Of a DNA stretch of 64,000 bases, positions 37,229-51,300 are shown piece after piece (position 1 is the stretch's first letter; each line of letters starts with the position of its first letter). The stretch is taken from the NCBI GenBank assembly GCA_964658305.1, contig OZ210885.1:22444001-22508000 (forward strand), given 5' to 3'. This stretch comes from Leptogorgia sarmentosa. Taxonomy: Eukaryota. The translations under genes were made by a program, and so were the position numbers. The notes beneath the pieces are model-generated. The model searched no databases. It was not told where the DNA came from and saw only the letters and a program-made list of their open reading frames with translations.

Positions 37229-38969
37229 GAACAGAAGCTATGTGACGAGCTCCGCAGTTTTATGCTTTTTCCACTGCGAGTATTGGTCGGTTGACGGTCA
37301 AAAACATACCAAAAGATAGCTAAGGTCCTCCTGCATCGATTGGTGTTTATTTTATCGACAACGGTCGAGCATTTCGCACGCTACGAGGAGAATACGGGCA
37401 GACGTCGAGCAGGTTTGTATACGAGTATCGGATTACACGTCGACAGCCAGCTTTACGCCGTTGTTTCAGCGCGATTGGCGGTTCAATCTCGGCATAATAC
37501 ACACCGTTGGAATCGGAAGCGAATTCCCTGTCGAACGGTGGTATTTTCGTTGCGAACGGGGCAGCCTACGCAAAGTTACGACCGAATTTCAATTTGTAGC
37601 ACAGTATACGACGACGGCTCGCTATTTTCACAAGCCTTCAGGGTGCTGGAATCGACAAAGCAGTGATCGAAATCGAAGGGATCGAATGCTACAGCAAGAC
37701 ACTGTGGTATGTTGTTTTTAACACCCGCGGTGACAGACAGAAACACCGAGAGCACAAAATCACGCTATTCGGCAAAGACTTTGAACTGAAATCCAACGAC
37801 TCCCGACCAAGCCGACCCACGTACATCTTCGTACGCGCCTACGGATACCCCCTGGACGCAGACCGTGACACTCTTGAAAAAACGCTAGGTCTATATGGTG
37901 ACCTACTCGAGGTGGTAGACGACGTTCACAGCTGACTGGGCATAAAAACTGGCGTATGGTACGCCAGGTTCAGCAAGCTGCACGAGCACATTCCCTCGTT
38001 CATCCACGCCAGCAAGTACCAGGTGCGAACAAGCTACCGAGACCAGCCCCAAACGTGTCGCAACTGTCACCGAGAGGGCCACAACGCCAAGAACTGCACG
38101 GCCGGGAAAGTCTGCAAACAATGTGGAAAACCCGGGCACACAAAAGGAGACTGCCCAGAACGGCAATGCTTTTATTGTAAAGGCAAAGGCCACGAACTGT
38201 CGCACTGCGACAAGTACGCGCAGGAATTCCCCGGGCTAGACGCCACACTCGATGACACGACCAATGGCCAGGACACCACTACCCCCGGCCACTCGAGCCA
38301 ACAACGGGAGGGCGACCCCGCCACGACGACCACCGACACCAACACAAAGACACCCCCCAGTCCCAGGCGGAAATGGAGGTGACAACCACCCACGAAATCC
38401 AGGCCGACAACATGCCCAACCATTCAAGCCAAACCCAAGAACCACCCCTTGAGGAAAGCCCACCCACTGCGACGATGGTCAGCAATCCCCTGCGGCGGCC
38501 AACCAGACAGCGGACGTAGACCACCCCGAAGACCACCCAGACCCGAAGGACACGAACAGAGACACAGAACACACATCCTTCCCCCCACCCACTACTGGCC
38601 CCTGGGGCGGGGATGCGTGCGAATGGGATCCAAACGATTCGATGGACTGGAACGTCCCTCCGCTAGATACCGCCACGGACTCTTCGTGGTCCTCCGCCCT
38701 CGAATCGGGTGAAGAACCACCCCAAAAGGCCTCCAAGACCACCAACGAACCCGCCGGTGAGACTCGCAAAAAAAAACGCAAGGGCAAGAAAAAGGACACC
38801 CAGCAGAAACCAACGGAACAACAACAACAACAAAGACCACCCGAAACGCAAACGAAATGACCATCCGTTAAAGTGGCGGCAGGGAAAAGCCGGCACCCCT
38901 TTATGCAGCCAAATTCAAGTGCGTAAGCCTGAACGTCAACAGCATCGCGGATAAACGGAAACGTGAACG
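37229..38969 (+). mobile_element. Tx1-clade LINE, family B (Keno-like): 5' UTR, ORF1 with three CCHC knuckles, start of ORF2
   Basis: CRNC..GH..C, CKQC..GH..C, CFYC..GH..C; APE start CVSLNVNSI near 38915. Begins right after U2 nt 46. Confidence 0.8.
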
Positions 38970-41900
38970 TATGGGGCGCCAAAACGGACAATATTGCCTT
39001 TCAAAAATATATATTTTCTAAACTACAAATGTTTGCTCTAATACAAAAATATTTGTCCTAAACTTCAAAAATATATGTGCCAAACTTAAAATATATGTGC
39101 CAAACTCAAAATATATCAGCTAAACTCAAGAAGTTTTTTGTAGTCATAAAATACATGCTCATGGAAAAATATATATTCTAATTATCGTGCTTTGCGGCCT
39201 TATTTATTATACACGTGACAACCCAGCAACAGACGACCGCCATGTTCTATGCATGCAAGCATGTATAACTCAAATGATCTCCAGCTCCAACTAAACAACG
39301 CACTGCAAAGGATACATCAACTTGAAAGTGTCAGTATTTCTCCGAACACTCAGCCATCGACAAGTTCCACTGCAAATAGTGGTTTGACGTTAACAGAAGA
39401 ACTGCGAAGAAGTTTTCCTAGCTTAACAAATTTGCAACCAGGACCAGACCGTACTTTAACTCCTACCTCGAGCCCAGCTGTAAGCTTTTCTACAAATTCA
39501 GCAACAAGCTTAACACAAATGCCATTGAATCGCGCTTCAACCTCAGGTTTTAGTGTCAACAAGAAAAAACGAAAGCGTGGGTTGACACCAAAAGTAAACA
39601 TAAAGCCGAAAGCAGTCCACAAAGATTTGGTGTTGGTCCCTGACCCACTACAAACCTCTGTTCCGACTCATTCAGCTCGGGTAATGTTGGAAACTGACGG
39701 TTACGTTCTTCATAGCTTTCCTTTTGTAAGAGATTGAGATCACATTCATTTAAAAAATGAAATTGTAAAAGTCTTTCCACAAATCCAGTATTGTGGTTAT
39801 GAGTACATGAAGGTATAGTGGATACGACATGATTTGCTATATAATACAAATTTAAACTTAAATGTACGAGTACAGCATGAAATTGAAACTTTAGATTTTT
39901 GGAATCGTCCTAGAAATTTGATAATTCAATGAGAGGTTTACAGAAGATATTTACACAAACATCTATCATTTTTATTTGTGCTACATGTTAGTACAGGGCT
40001 TGTATGGAAAACTTGTCGCACCAAATTTGGCCCCTGGAGTTAGTATGAACTGCAATATGTTGCTGAAGCTGTCTGGCCAAGGAGCTGTGTACATTCGCTC
40101 AAATGTGAAACTTGACAGTGATCCTTCTGATAATGATGATGAGGATTTGTTTATGCCATCCACAGTTGCAGTAAAACAAGAACCAGAAGTCTTGGAAATT
40201 CCATCTGATATTGAAGGTAGATAAAATACCAATGAAATGACATATGAAACAATTGTGCAATAAATAACGCCCAGTAAAGCAATTGCATAATTTTATTTAA
40301 TTTTTTGCCCATATGAAGAATCCTGTTGCAATTCTGATTGGATGAATTGAAGTGTGAATTTAGACCTTTAGGCAGTCAGGGTTTAATGACATAGATGTGT
40401 CAAGTACATCATTGATAGCATCACTGAGGACTATAAACCATTCATCCTGAAATGTGAATGTATGATGAATATATGTCAATGTGGATGTTCACTAGCTAGC
40501 TGTTTGCATGACATTGACATATTGTAGCATTGCAGCAAGTATCATGGGACAGTACTCGTCTGTTGACATTGTATTTACTAGCACTAGTGGAAATGTATTA
40601 ACATTTTAGACATGATCATTGAAGAAGCTGTTGGTATTGCTGAGACTGTGCCAGAATCCACCAGTGTACCTCCAGTAAATGGTAATTGCTGAGAAAATTA
40701 ATCCCAATGATGAAAACCCCAGAATATTGAGTATCGATCCCTTACTCTAGCACAGATCCCAGTAACCCCAGGCAGGTAAATCTGCATATTAACTTATCTG
40801 AAAAAAAATATTCAAATCTTAGATCCTGTTATGGTTGAACAAGCTAATGATATTGCAGAGTCATTTTCTGACTCCATTCAGTTGGTTGATGAAGAGCACC
40901 CTTTCATTGGTAAGTTATTTGCACAATTACAGTGTTTTATCCCTACTTTGCTTGGAATTTCCCACTTTGAATAAACTTGTCTGCAGTTGACTGATTGAAA
41001 TAACAAAACAGCTATTAAATTTTAACATTTTATAAAAACTGGAAATTACAAGAGGTACAGGTACTGAGCACATGCAAAGATTGAAAATATGTAAATATGT
41101 TTTAATCCTTTTTAACTTTAGTTACACATTAATAAATTTGTTCTATTGTATTAGGAATGATACTGTATTTCAGATTTTACAGTTTGTACTGTGGTCAGTT
41201 ATGAAATACCGACTAATGCATTAGGTGTATAATGTGCCCAGTGCTTTCAGATACTCTTCTCAATTTGGCTGATGCCACGTAATGTTACTGGTAGATGAGA
41301 AGGAGAGTGCTCACTCTGTCATTTATTAATCACCCATTGGTGAAGCTAAGTTGGTAAAAATGTACATGTAAATAGAATATTCACGAGTTTTTATTTAATT
41401 TAGAACATCACTTGACAACAGAAACTGGAGTAATAGATCTCAATCTCAACATGGATGACTATCCAGTCAAAGCCGTAACAGTACACAGAACAACCCTTAA
41501 GAATGATATGATTGAATTATTTCAAGACCCAGACACACTTAGTAAAGTTTTAATGTTTAGTGTCATAGGTTTTGATGGTTCAACTGAAAAGGGTGAAGGC
41601 GTAGGGTTAGCTAGGGATGTTCTTACAAGCTTTTGGCAGGTTTTCTTTGATTCTTTGGCTGTTGGTGTGCAGGAAAAAGTTCCATCAATAAGGCATGACC
41701 ATAAAAAAATGCAGTGGGTTGCAATTGTTAGGATTCTGATTTATGGTTACGTCAGAGAAAAATATTTCCCAATTTCATTTTCCTTAGTATTTGTTGCTAC
41801 TTGCTTGTTTGAAGAGGAAAGTCTAACCAATCATGACCTGCTACAATCATTTCGAATGTACATATCAGATGATGAGCGTGAGACCTTTGACAAGTGTTTA

Positions 41901-42460
41901 AATGGAGAATTATCTCCTGACAATGACGAAGTGTTAGAACTATTGAGTTCATACAAGTGCTACCGCATTCCAAATGCAGAAAACATCAAGTTAATTTTTT
42001 CTGAGCTTGCACACCAAGAACTAATTCAGAAACCCAGATATGTTGTTCACTGTTGGGGCCCCCTTATTCAAACTTTAAAGTCTTTTCCCCCATTTCAGTC
42101 TATAGAAGTGCTGAAAAAAATGTACGATGAAAAACGGCCGAGCGGTCGTAAAGTGATAAAGTTGCTCAAGTGTGTTCCAGCTACTGACGCTGAAAGGCAA
42201 TGTTTAGATCACCTAAAGCGGTATATCAAGTCTTTCAGTCGTTAACACGGTTTCTTCAATTCACTACAGGTAGCGATATTATTATAACCGAACAGATCAA
42301 GGTTGACTTTGTATGTGCTCAGGGATTCGCAAGGCGACCGATTGCACATACATGTGCGCCAGTTTTAGAGTTACCAAGTACATACCAATGTTATAACGAT
42401 TTAGCTGAGGAATTTAGTAATATCTTAGCCGAAAAATTGTCATGGACATTCGACATAATT
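38970..42460 (+). mobile_element. Probable DNA transposon fragment carrying a spliced HECT-domain pseudogene (IS3EU-like terminus, tentative)
   Basis: Abrupt start TATGGGGCGCC. Exon ORFs at 39249, 39976 and 41412-42460 with GEGVG..RD, FLQFTTG, RRPIAHTC..LELP. Confidence 0.5.
41412..42460 (+). pseudogene. HECT E3 ligase-like domain, frameshifted
   Basis: C-lobe PIAHTC motif with catalytic Cys. Confidence 0.75.
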
Positions 42461-45400
42461 CCCTTCTCGTATACATATCCGGGGCAACCCTATCAATGTT
42501 TTCTACCGAGGACAAACCCGTTCGTGTTTCACCTGTGGCAAATTAGATCACGAATCCAAAATGTGTCCAAGAAAGGGGCGCGCCTCACTACCCCCAGCTA
42601 ATCCACCATTAGTGGCACGAGACGGAGAAGCAACGGTCCGCAAGAGTGCTCCAATCCGACTTTCTTCCGGTGAGCCAGTACGTAACAAGAGTGCATCCAA
42701 CTTGGCTGAAGACCATCCGGACACCCACTACCTACGCTGATATTGTGGTAGCCTCAACGTCTTCCCATAGTGCCCTCTCCCCCAGTCCCACTTGTGCGAT
42801 TTCCCCCCAAACATCGGCAACAGCATCGATCAATTCGGATCAATCGGCAGCGAACCTACCGCCTCCTCCACCACCCCCACCCCTTCCACCATCTCCACCC
42901 CCTCCCCCACCACCTCCACCACCCCCACCCCTCCAGTTCTAGACATGGAAAATCAACCTAAGACGCCAAGTGCAGAGGTTGAGCCAACCAAAAACGTCAT
43001 GGAAGTCGACACTGAGACTCAAAAGGCTAGTAAACGCCAGCACCCACCTGAAGATCATTAGTACTGTCGAATACCTTTTCCGTGCTTTCTGATGAGGTAA
43101 ATCCCGGTCCAATAAGTGGTAATAGCAGCAACCCGGAACGCGAAAAAGAACCGCCTAACCGTGAGGAAGAAACCGAAGCTGACAAAGAGAGTGACCAGAG
43201 CAAGGATTCACTGGGACACAACAGCACATCTGAGAAGGTGTCGTTCACAGAGTCCATGGTGATTCAGTCAACCAAAGAATCGACGAGGGTTTATTCAGAT
43301 ACGACGACATTCGGGGATGCGAAACGGGACGAGAATCCCCGATCCGCGACAACAGCGCAAGAGTCGGCACCCAATCCACCAGAAAGGGGTTGGCGTAAAG
43401 TCCAAAGGCGTAAAGTCCAAAGTCGCAAGACATGATGTCGAGTCGAGAATGTTCACCACTTTTGTACGACGGTGAAGACGAAGATGAGAATGAAACCGAG
43501 GAAACTACTACTGCGCGCTCGTCGCTCCTTCCTCCAAACCTTCCGAAAAAAGTCCATCGCGTGGATAGTTGCCAAGAACTCCGAGATAACCTGACAGCCT
43601 TTCTTTCTTCAAAAAAGACGACGCCAGCTCCAGTTTATGGCACCTCGAAAACGTCTAAAACTCCGTTCTCCCAATCATAATGGACGCAATGCCTCAACTT
43701 AAGATAATTACCTTAAATTGTCAAGGTCTCAGAACAGATTCGAATCGCGAAACGCTTTTTGCATGGTTAAACTGCTTTCGACCAGTGAACAAGAATTCGA
43801 GCGATGGGTGAAAGATGTCAGCCCAACTATGTCCGTACACTACAACGCAATATCAAGTCCTGGATCTGCACGGAGTTGCGGGGTAGTGATTCTGTTCAAA
43901 TCTGAATACATTTTACAATCAGTTTTCCGGGATGAACAGGGACGGTGTGTTTCGGCACATTTCTCAATATTCTCGACGGATTTTCAAATTAACAATATTT
44001 ATGGCCAAAATAATAAATGTGATGGGTCATATTTTTTCGAGTCCTTATATCCAGTGGTGCAACCAGATCTTCCTCTTATTGTATGTGGCGATTTTAACAC
44101 AGTGATGGATCCCACAAAAGACAGACGAGGCTGTAATAGTTCGTCGTATTGGTCCTATAATTGTCCCGCCTCCTTAAGTACACTAATATCCACTCTGAAC
44201 TTGGTAGATGCGTGGCGTGCTCGTCACCCGCTGGCTAGTGAATTTACTTGGACACGCCCTAATGGTTCCCAAGCGTCACGTTTAGATATGTTCCTGGTTT
44301 CCAAAGAATTGGTTCCCAACATCCGCACAATAGATATCCTCCCATTCTTCCGCTCGGACCACCATTATGTTTATCTGGAAGTCTCACTACCATCTACACT
44401 CTCCCTTGGACCGCGCGATATTGGAAACTTAATACATCATGTCTTCAGAATGACCAACTAGCTCAGACGGTTCAAAATCTTTGGATCCACTGGCAAACTC
44501 AAAAAAATCGGTACTCCACGTTAGCGGCCTGGTGGGATGCTGGCAAAGTCATGCTAAAGAAACATATTGGTTCCTTTAGTCGGAAGCAAGCAAAGTCACG
44601 GAAACAGAAGATCAGGTCATTACAGAATACGTTATATCATCTCAATCGCCGTTTGATACGTGGAGATGATGTAGATAGATATATCAATGAAACAAAGACA
44701 GAATTGGAGATGGAATTGATGCAAGACGTGCGAGGAGCCCAAGTAAGATCCAGAAGTCGCTGGGCAGAGGAAGGCGAATGCTCTACAGCGTACTTTTTTC
44801 AACAAGAGAAGTTGTATAGAAAACATTCCGTCATCGAGACCATTACTAAACCTGATGGGTCCGCGGCAACCTCTTCACATTCCATATTAGCCGTATTTCG
44901 CTCCTACTATGAAAACTTATTCTCCTCAGCTCAGTTGGACGCTGGAGACCAAGAGTACTTCCTCAATAATATCGATCGCAAACTCTCTACTGATGAATCG
45001 AAATCATGTGGAGGACATGTGACGAACGCCGAATGTTTAGCTGCGTTATCTGCAATGGCCCACAATAAATCACCTGGTCTACAGTGCGACCCACAGTATT
45101 AGTTTGGTACGATATTAGTGCATTGTAGATTACATGTTTGGAGGATTAAACATAATATGGGTGAATTTTGTTTGGTTCATGGTAGAAACAATATTGCATT
45201 GATTACATTTCATATTAGTCACATGACAACAAAATCCAGGTGTTCCTCCATAAAAGAGGTGGTCCACGCTATTAGTTTCATAAATTGCCGAGCAATATGG
45301 GAAGTAGAAAAGACCTAACCTTAGCCAAAAAAAGCCATTATTATGAAAGAAATAGCAATAACCAACATTACAAAAGCAATTTTTGAAAGATTTGATGGTC

Positions 45401-48365
45401 ATGTTGTGACAGTGATAAGATTTTTGCAAAATCCATTCTTCAAGTGGAAATTTCATTCTGATCGTAACTATTAAAGCCAATTTTAAAGCAGGATACGAGT
45501 TGAGCAACCAGTAAGTTGCATAAAATGCCTCCAGCAGCAAGTGGAAAATTTGCCCAGAAAGCTGGTTCGCTCGATCTTCCAAAAACCACTCGCAATCGTG
45601 GACCTGCGAAGACAGGTTCCATGGAGTAAATGAAGAAATGTTGAACTTTCACTGCTAGACACGATCATTTGACGATGGAATGGGCCGGAAAATTCATGAG
45701 GACGAACACAATGTTTGTTCTTTTCACTGACGAATCAAGGCCGACACTGGATGGTTCAGATGGCTGGAGTAAAGGATGCGATGAGGAATGCCCTAAGGGG
45801 ATGAGACGCCAACATGGTGTTGGAGGATTATGAACAGGAATGGAATCATCGCAGATGCACTCATTGGTCCCTTCCGTGTGCCTGAAGGTCAGAAGTTGTC
45901 TTCTGCTATGTATTGCCCTATCCTGAAGAAATCCCTTGAGTCACGGTTGGATAAACTTCCTTTAGCAACATTGAAGAAGATTACCTTAACGCATGTCACA
46001 TGCAGCAAAGGCAACAACGGAATCCCTTCAGTCGTTTGGTTTTGTGAACAAAATCGTAATGGTTTGGCAACTAAACTCGCCAAATTTGAACCCAATTGAG
46101 AACTTGTGGTGGATAATAAAGCGTCATGTTTATATCATCTAGATGGAACCCATCTTGGCAGGTGCACGATTGCGAGTGGTTTTTGCAACATCGAGGAGAC
46201 CAGCTTTCTGTGCAAATTTTCCACTTGCTGCCGGAGGCATTTTACGCAACTTACTCGTTGCTCAACTCGTGTCCTGCTTTAAAATTGGCTTTAATAGTTA
46301 CGATCAGAATGAAATTTCCACTTGAAGAATGGATTTTCCAAAAATCTTGCCATTGTCAGAACATGACCATCAAATCTTTCAAAAATTGCTTTTGTAATGT
46401 TGGTTATTGCTATTTCTTTCATAATAATGGCTTTTTTTGGCTAAGGTTAGGTCTTTTCTACTTCCCATATTGCTCGGCAATTTATGAAACTAATAGCGTG
46501 GACCACCTCTTTTATGGAGGAACACCTGGATTTTGTTGTCACGTGACTAATATGAAATGTAATCATTGCAATATTGTTTCTACCATGAACCAAACAAAAT
46601 TCACCGGTATTATGTTCAATCCTCCAAACATGTAATCTACAATGCACTAATATCATACCAAACTAATACCGTGGATCGCACTGTAGACGGCTTTCCTGCA
46701 GAATTTTATTTGAAATTCTGGCCTGTTTTAGGAGAAGACTACGTAGCGATGGTGAACGAGTGCTATGATTTGGGTTCTCTTTCTGTCACACAGCGTCATG
46801 GCCTTATCACCCTCCTTTTCAAGCGTGGTGATCGTACTCTTACGAAAAATTGGCGCCCAATCACTCTGCTATGCATTGATTATAAAATTATCTCCAAAGT
46901 TATTGCCAACCGTCTCTTACGAGTCATTGCATCAGTCACAACACAATCTCAAACCTGCGGAATCCCAGGTCGCATGTCTGCAGAAAACGTTCGCCTATTA
47001 AAAGACCTTGTCCATTACGCCAACGAAAAGAATATTGGAGGAGCGATTCTGTCCTTGGATCAAGAGAAAGCTTTCGATCGCGTTGAATGGTCCTTCATGG
47101 TGAAAGTCCTCCAAGGAATGGGATTCGGACAGTCCTTCATTCAATGGGTACAATTATTCTACACAAATATTTCATCATCGGTTTTTGTAAACGGGTTTAT
47201 CTCGCAGGAATTTACCGTGTCCCGTGGTGTCAGACAAGGTTGTCCATTGTCTCCTCTATTGTATGTGCTGGTCATCGAAGCTTTGGCTATCACTATTCAG
47301 AAAGATCCTCACATTGAGGGAATCGTCCTACCAGATAGTAGTGTTCAAAAACTGGTTCAGTACGCAGACGACACAACAGTCCTGGTATGCTCTGATGCGG
47401 CCATCCTCAAATTGTTTACTACTTTCGGATGGTACGAACACGCTTCTGGGGCTAAATTGAACCTTAGTAAATGCCATGCTTTGCTTCTCGGCTCATGGCA
47501 ACACCGTCAATTCTTTCCGGTCGACTTAGAATGGAGAACAGATCACATCACTGTGCTGGGGGGTCGTATTTCTAATACCAACGAAGAAGATTGGAGCACA
47601 CCATTAGCCAAATATGATACAGTGTTACGTTCCTGGAGTCAGCGTCAACTCTCTTATTGGGGGCAAACTCTCATCGCGAACATTTTAGGTTTGAGTCTGT
47701 TTTGGTACATAGCCACGTTTGACACAATTCCTGAACGTGTGGTTCGTACGATCAATCAGAAAACGTATGTTCTAATATGGAACAAAAAACGTGAAGCACT
47801 CGCTCGGCTCTCCATGCTTAAACCACATAATGAAGGCGGCCAAGGGGTAGTGGACGTGAATACTAAAGTAAAATCACTACATTGTTTATGGGTGAAACGA
47901 TATATCCTTGGCGTTGGCACGCGTTTTTTGAAGATGCATTACGGTCGGCATTTCCTAGTTACGCATCAATCGAGATAATCCTTTCCACACATTCCCTTCC
48001 AACTCAAAGTTTGAAACGACTCCCGCCTTTTTACAAATCCGTGCTGTCATCATGGGCTCGACTGACTCCCCGTCTTGAGAGTGGAACATGGTTTATTCCC
48101 CTACGACCGGGAGTGGAAATAAACTTGGCACAATTAACAGCACGAATGGCCTACCGGAAACTTCTCCCACCACACCAACACCGGTGCATTGAAAAATTTC
48201 ATTCTCTGGATCTTCAAGTTGACTGGCCTCCGGTTTGGAACAGCCTGCCTCTGTGGAATTACATCCGCTCCGTTCAAGACACTTCGTGGTTATCGTTCCA
48301 CGGGGTGTTAGCGACCGCAGATCGGCTCATCAATTTTGGTATGAACGTTAATGCATCCTGTCGCT
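42461..48365 (+). mobile_element. Tx1-clade LINE, family C, truncated at both ends (ORF1 tail; ORF2 from 43680)
   Basis: YPGQP..C, Pro-rich tract, APE (GDFN, SDH), RT (LDQEKAFDRV, QYADD). Confidence 0.88.
45082..46683 (+). mobile_element. Tc1-like element with ~550-bp inverted arms and transposase remnant
   Basis: TA|CAGTGCGA..TCGCACTG|TA splits the host KSPGL|DG. Remnants FTDESR..LDG.DGW and SPNLNPIENLW. Confidence 0.9.
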
Positions 48366-51300
48366 AGGCAGGCTCCTTTTCCTTTCTTTTTTGGAGGGAT
48401 TCGTTCCTCCTTTCTTTTTTCCTTTCCGAGTCTGGGTTCTCGAGTTAGGTCAATTTAGTTTTTCGAGACTTGGTTCTCGATTTACGTTAAGCGTGTTTTC
48501 GAGACTTCGTTCTCGACTTAAGTTAAGTGTGTTTTTGAGACTTGGTTCTCGAGTTAGTCAAGTTGTTTTTTGAGACTTCGGTTCTCAAATTAGGTTAACT
48601 TGTTTTTCGAGACTTTAGTTCTCGAATCAGGTTCTTTTCTTTCTTTCCTTTTTTTCGAGACTTTGGCTTTCAGGTCAGGTTAATTTGTTTTTCGAGACTC
48701 TGGTTCTCGAAGTTAAATTTGTCCTTTTCCTTTTTCCTTTTTTTTCCTCTTTCTTTTTTCGAGACTTTGGTTCTCGAATGCAATTTAGTACATAAATAAT
48801 AAGTAAAGTAATATAATATAGTGTGGGGAGGATGATTCCTCACGTTAATCGCACTTGTGATGTCATCCTTTCGGATAACATCGAGGCGCAGAGAATAAAT
48901 GTTAAAGAAGTCATTGATGAGTTCAGGGGAAAAATCGATGACTACAAGTCTACTTTTGAAGCCATCGTATTGATGGCCCCTGGTCGGTTTCGCGTCACTT
49001 TCAAGACGGCAAGGAAAATGGAAGCTGCTGAACATACGGGTCTCACCGTGCGAGGCTTCCCGGTTGAATTCCGACCAATTCCTAAGTATACTTGGGTTAC
49101 GTCACCCGTTTATCATACGGAGTTCCTGACGAAGAAATTACCAAAGTCCTAAGTGGCTTTGGTGAGATTCGCAAGATCTCGTCAGAGGTATACTCGAATA
49201 TCTACACTGGGGTTCGGCACGTTTTGATGGAGATCAAACAGCCTATCCCTTTTCGTCTTCGAATCGCTGGTCATTGGTGCTTCGTGCACCACAAGGGCCA
49301 AAAGCGACTTTGTTTTGGTTGTGGTAAGGAGGGCCACAACCGCTCAGACTGTCCAGATCGTGTCCCACCTTCGGCTCAGGACTTGACGTCTTCTGGGTCT
49401 TCCAATCTTTCGGGGCATGTGCCTGAGCAGGTTCACCAAACGGTGGACCAATCGAACCACTATCGGGTTCGCTTCCTCCCTTACCATCAGGAGTGGAAAG
49501 CGAACGCTCCTCTGAGACAGTTAAAAATCTGTCTCGAAAAAGACCCGTTCCACGGCCTCGTAATCGCAACAAGCAAAGGCGGCCTGTAACAACTGGCGAA
49601 CAAGATCACTCGCACTCACCGCCCCGTAAAGACTCTCGTCGGGAGAGTGAGGATCCCCCTTCTGGGAGTTCATCACAGGCCGGGCAGACATCGATGGATG
49701 TCGACCCTGCGTTGAAACTGACCCCTCTGCCTGAAGAGGTGCCCCTACCACCGGAGGTTCCCAAAGAGGTGTCTCTGCCTGAGGAAATAGACAACCTTTT
49801 AATCCAGGGTTCGTCCCTCCCTGACCCACACGTTGACGGCTCGGCTTCACACATGGCCAAGGAACTATCAGATTCTCTTTTGACCTTTGACGCACTGGAT
49901 GGTGCTAGCTCTCTTAGTGGGAGTAGCCCAAAAAATAATGTACCGGAAGCCTCTCAAGTTTCCGAAGAAACTCTTGTAATGCGCCACTTTTTTGAGGAAG
50001 GTGGCCCCCTCTCCGATGATGGATCGGAGGGCTGCTTTTGATCCCTTTTTTTTCCCACCTAGTGATTTAATTTATAATAATAGTAAATAATTTATATAGT
50101 ATATTTTTCACACACCCATCATGCCTACACAAGAACTAACTATAATTACCCTCAATGTTCAAGGGTTACGTCTCCCTCGTAATCAGAAAACTCTTTTTTC
50201 TTGGTTAAACTGTGCTAAGCCTGATATCATTGCCCCGCAAGAAACGCACTCTCGTTCCATAGAGGAATTTTCCTCCTGGGTGGCGTCTGAAACACAGGAA
50301 AATAATAATTTCCAACGATACCTAGTGGAATCTTCTCCGGGCACTATACAGAGTGCTGGTGTAGCACTACTATACAAACCCTGTTATAAGGTAGAGCATG
50401 TTGATAGAGACACAGATGGTCGTGCCCTCATAGCGCAATTGAAACATGTCGATCCTGAATCTCTGATTCAGGTTGCCAACATATACGGTCCAAATAAAAA
50501 GCAAGCTGGTGAAGAATTTTTTTCCTCTCTTCATCCGCAACTTGACCCTTCTCTCCCCACCATTTTGTGCGGTGATTTTAACGTTGTTGTCGACCCCCAT
50601 GTTGACCGCCTTGGTTGCAACCCAGACTCTCCTTGGGCATATAATTGGCCTGCATCTCTTTCATCACTGACCGATCGGTGCGATCTGGTTGACACTTGGC
50701 GATTAACGCACCCAGATAAGCGGAGTTACACGTGGCATCAGGCTAATGGCTCCCAGGCTTCACGAATAGATATGTTCTGGATTTCCTCTTCGTTACATGA
50801 GCAGGTCTCTGAGGTATCCATTCTTCCTTTTTTCAGCTCGGACCTTTTTCACCTGGTGTATGGAAGCTCAACACATCTTTGCTGCGCGATGAGACGCTGT
50901 GCGCGGAGGTCCGCAACTTCTGGGTCTCGTGGCAGTCCGAGAAGGACACTTTTCCGTTTCTTTTCCGTTGGCAAAGCCCGCCTGAAAGAAATCATCCGTC
51001 ACTTTTCTCGAGGCAAGGCCCGATCAAGGTGGTCGAACATGCACGAGTTAGAATCTACCCTTGAACAGCTCCATCAACGAGTGGCTAACGGTGAAGATGT
51101 GGCTCATTTGATAAAGGAGGCACGGGACAAACTAGAACTTAAACATCACTATGCAGCAGAGGGTGCGCACATCCGGGGCAGGGAACAGTGGGCAGAAGAA
51201 GGTGAAACTTCGTCTGCCTTTTTCTTTCGCCAAGAGAAGGTGCGCGCAACGCGGCGCCTTTTCACTGGCATCAGAAATGCTCAGGGAGCTATAGTAAGAT

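Noticed and set aside
45130..46635. Paired 150-aa and 169-aa ORFs
   Set aside because: Antisense frames of the Tc1 inverted arms.
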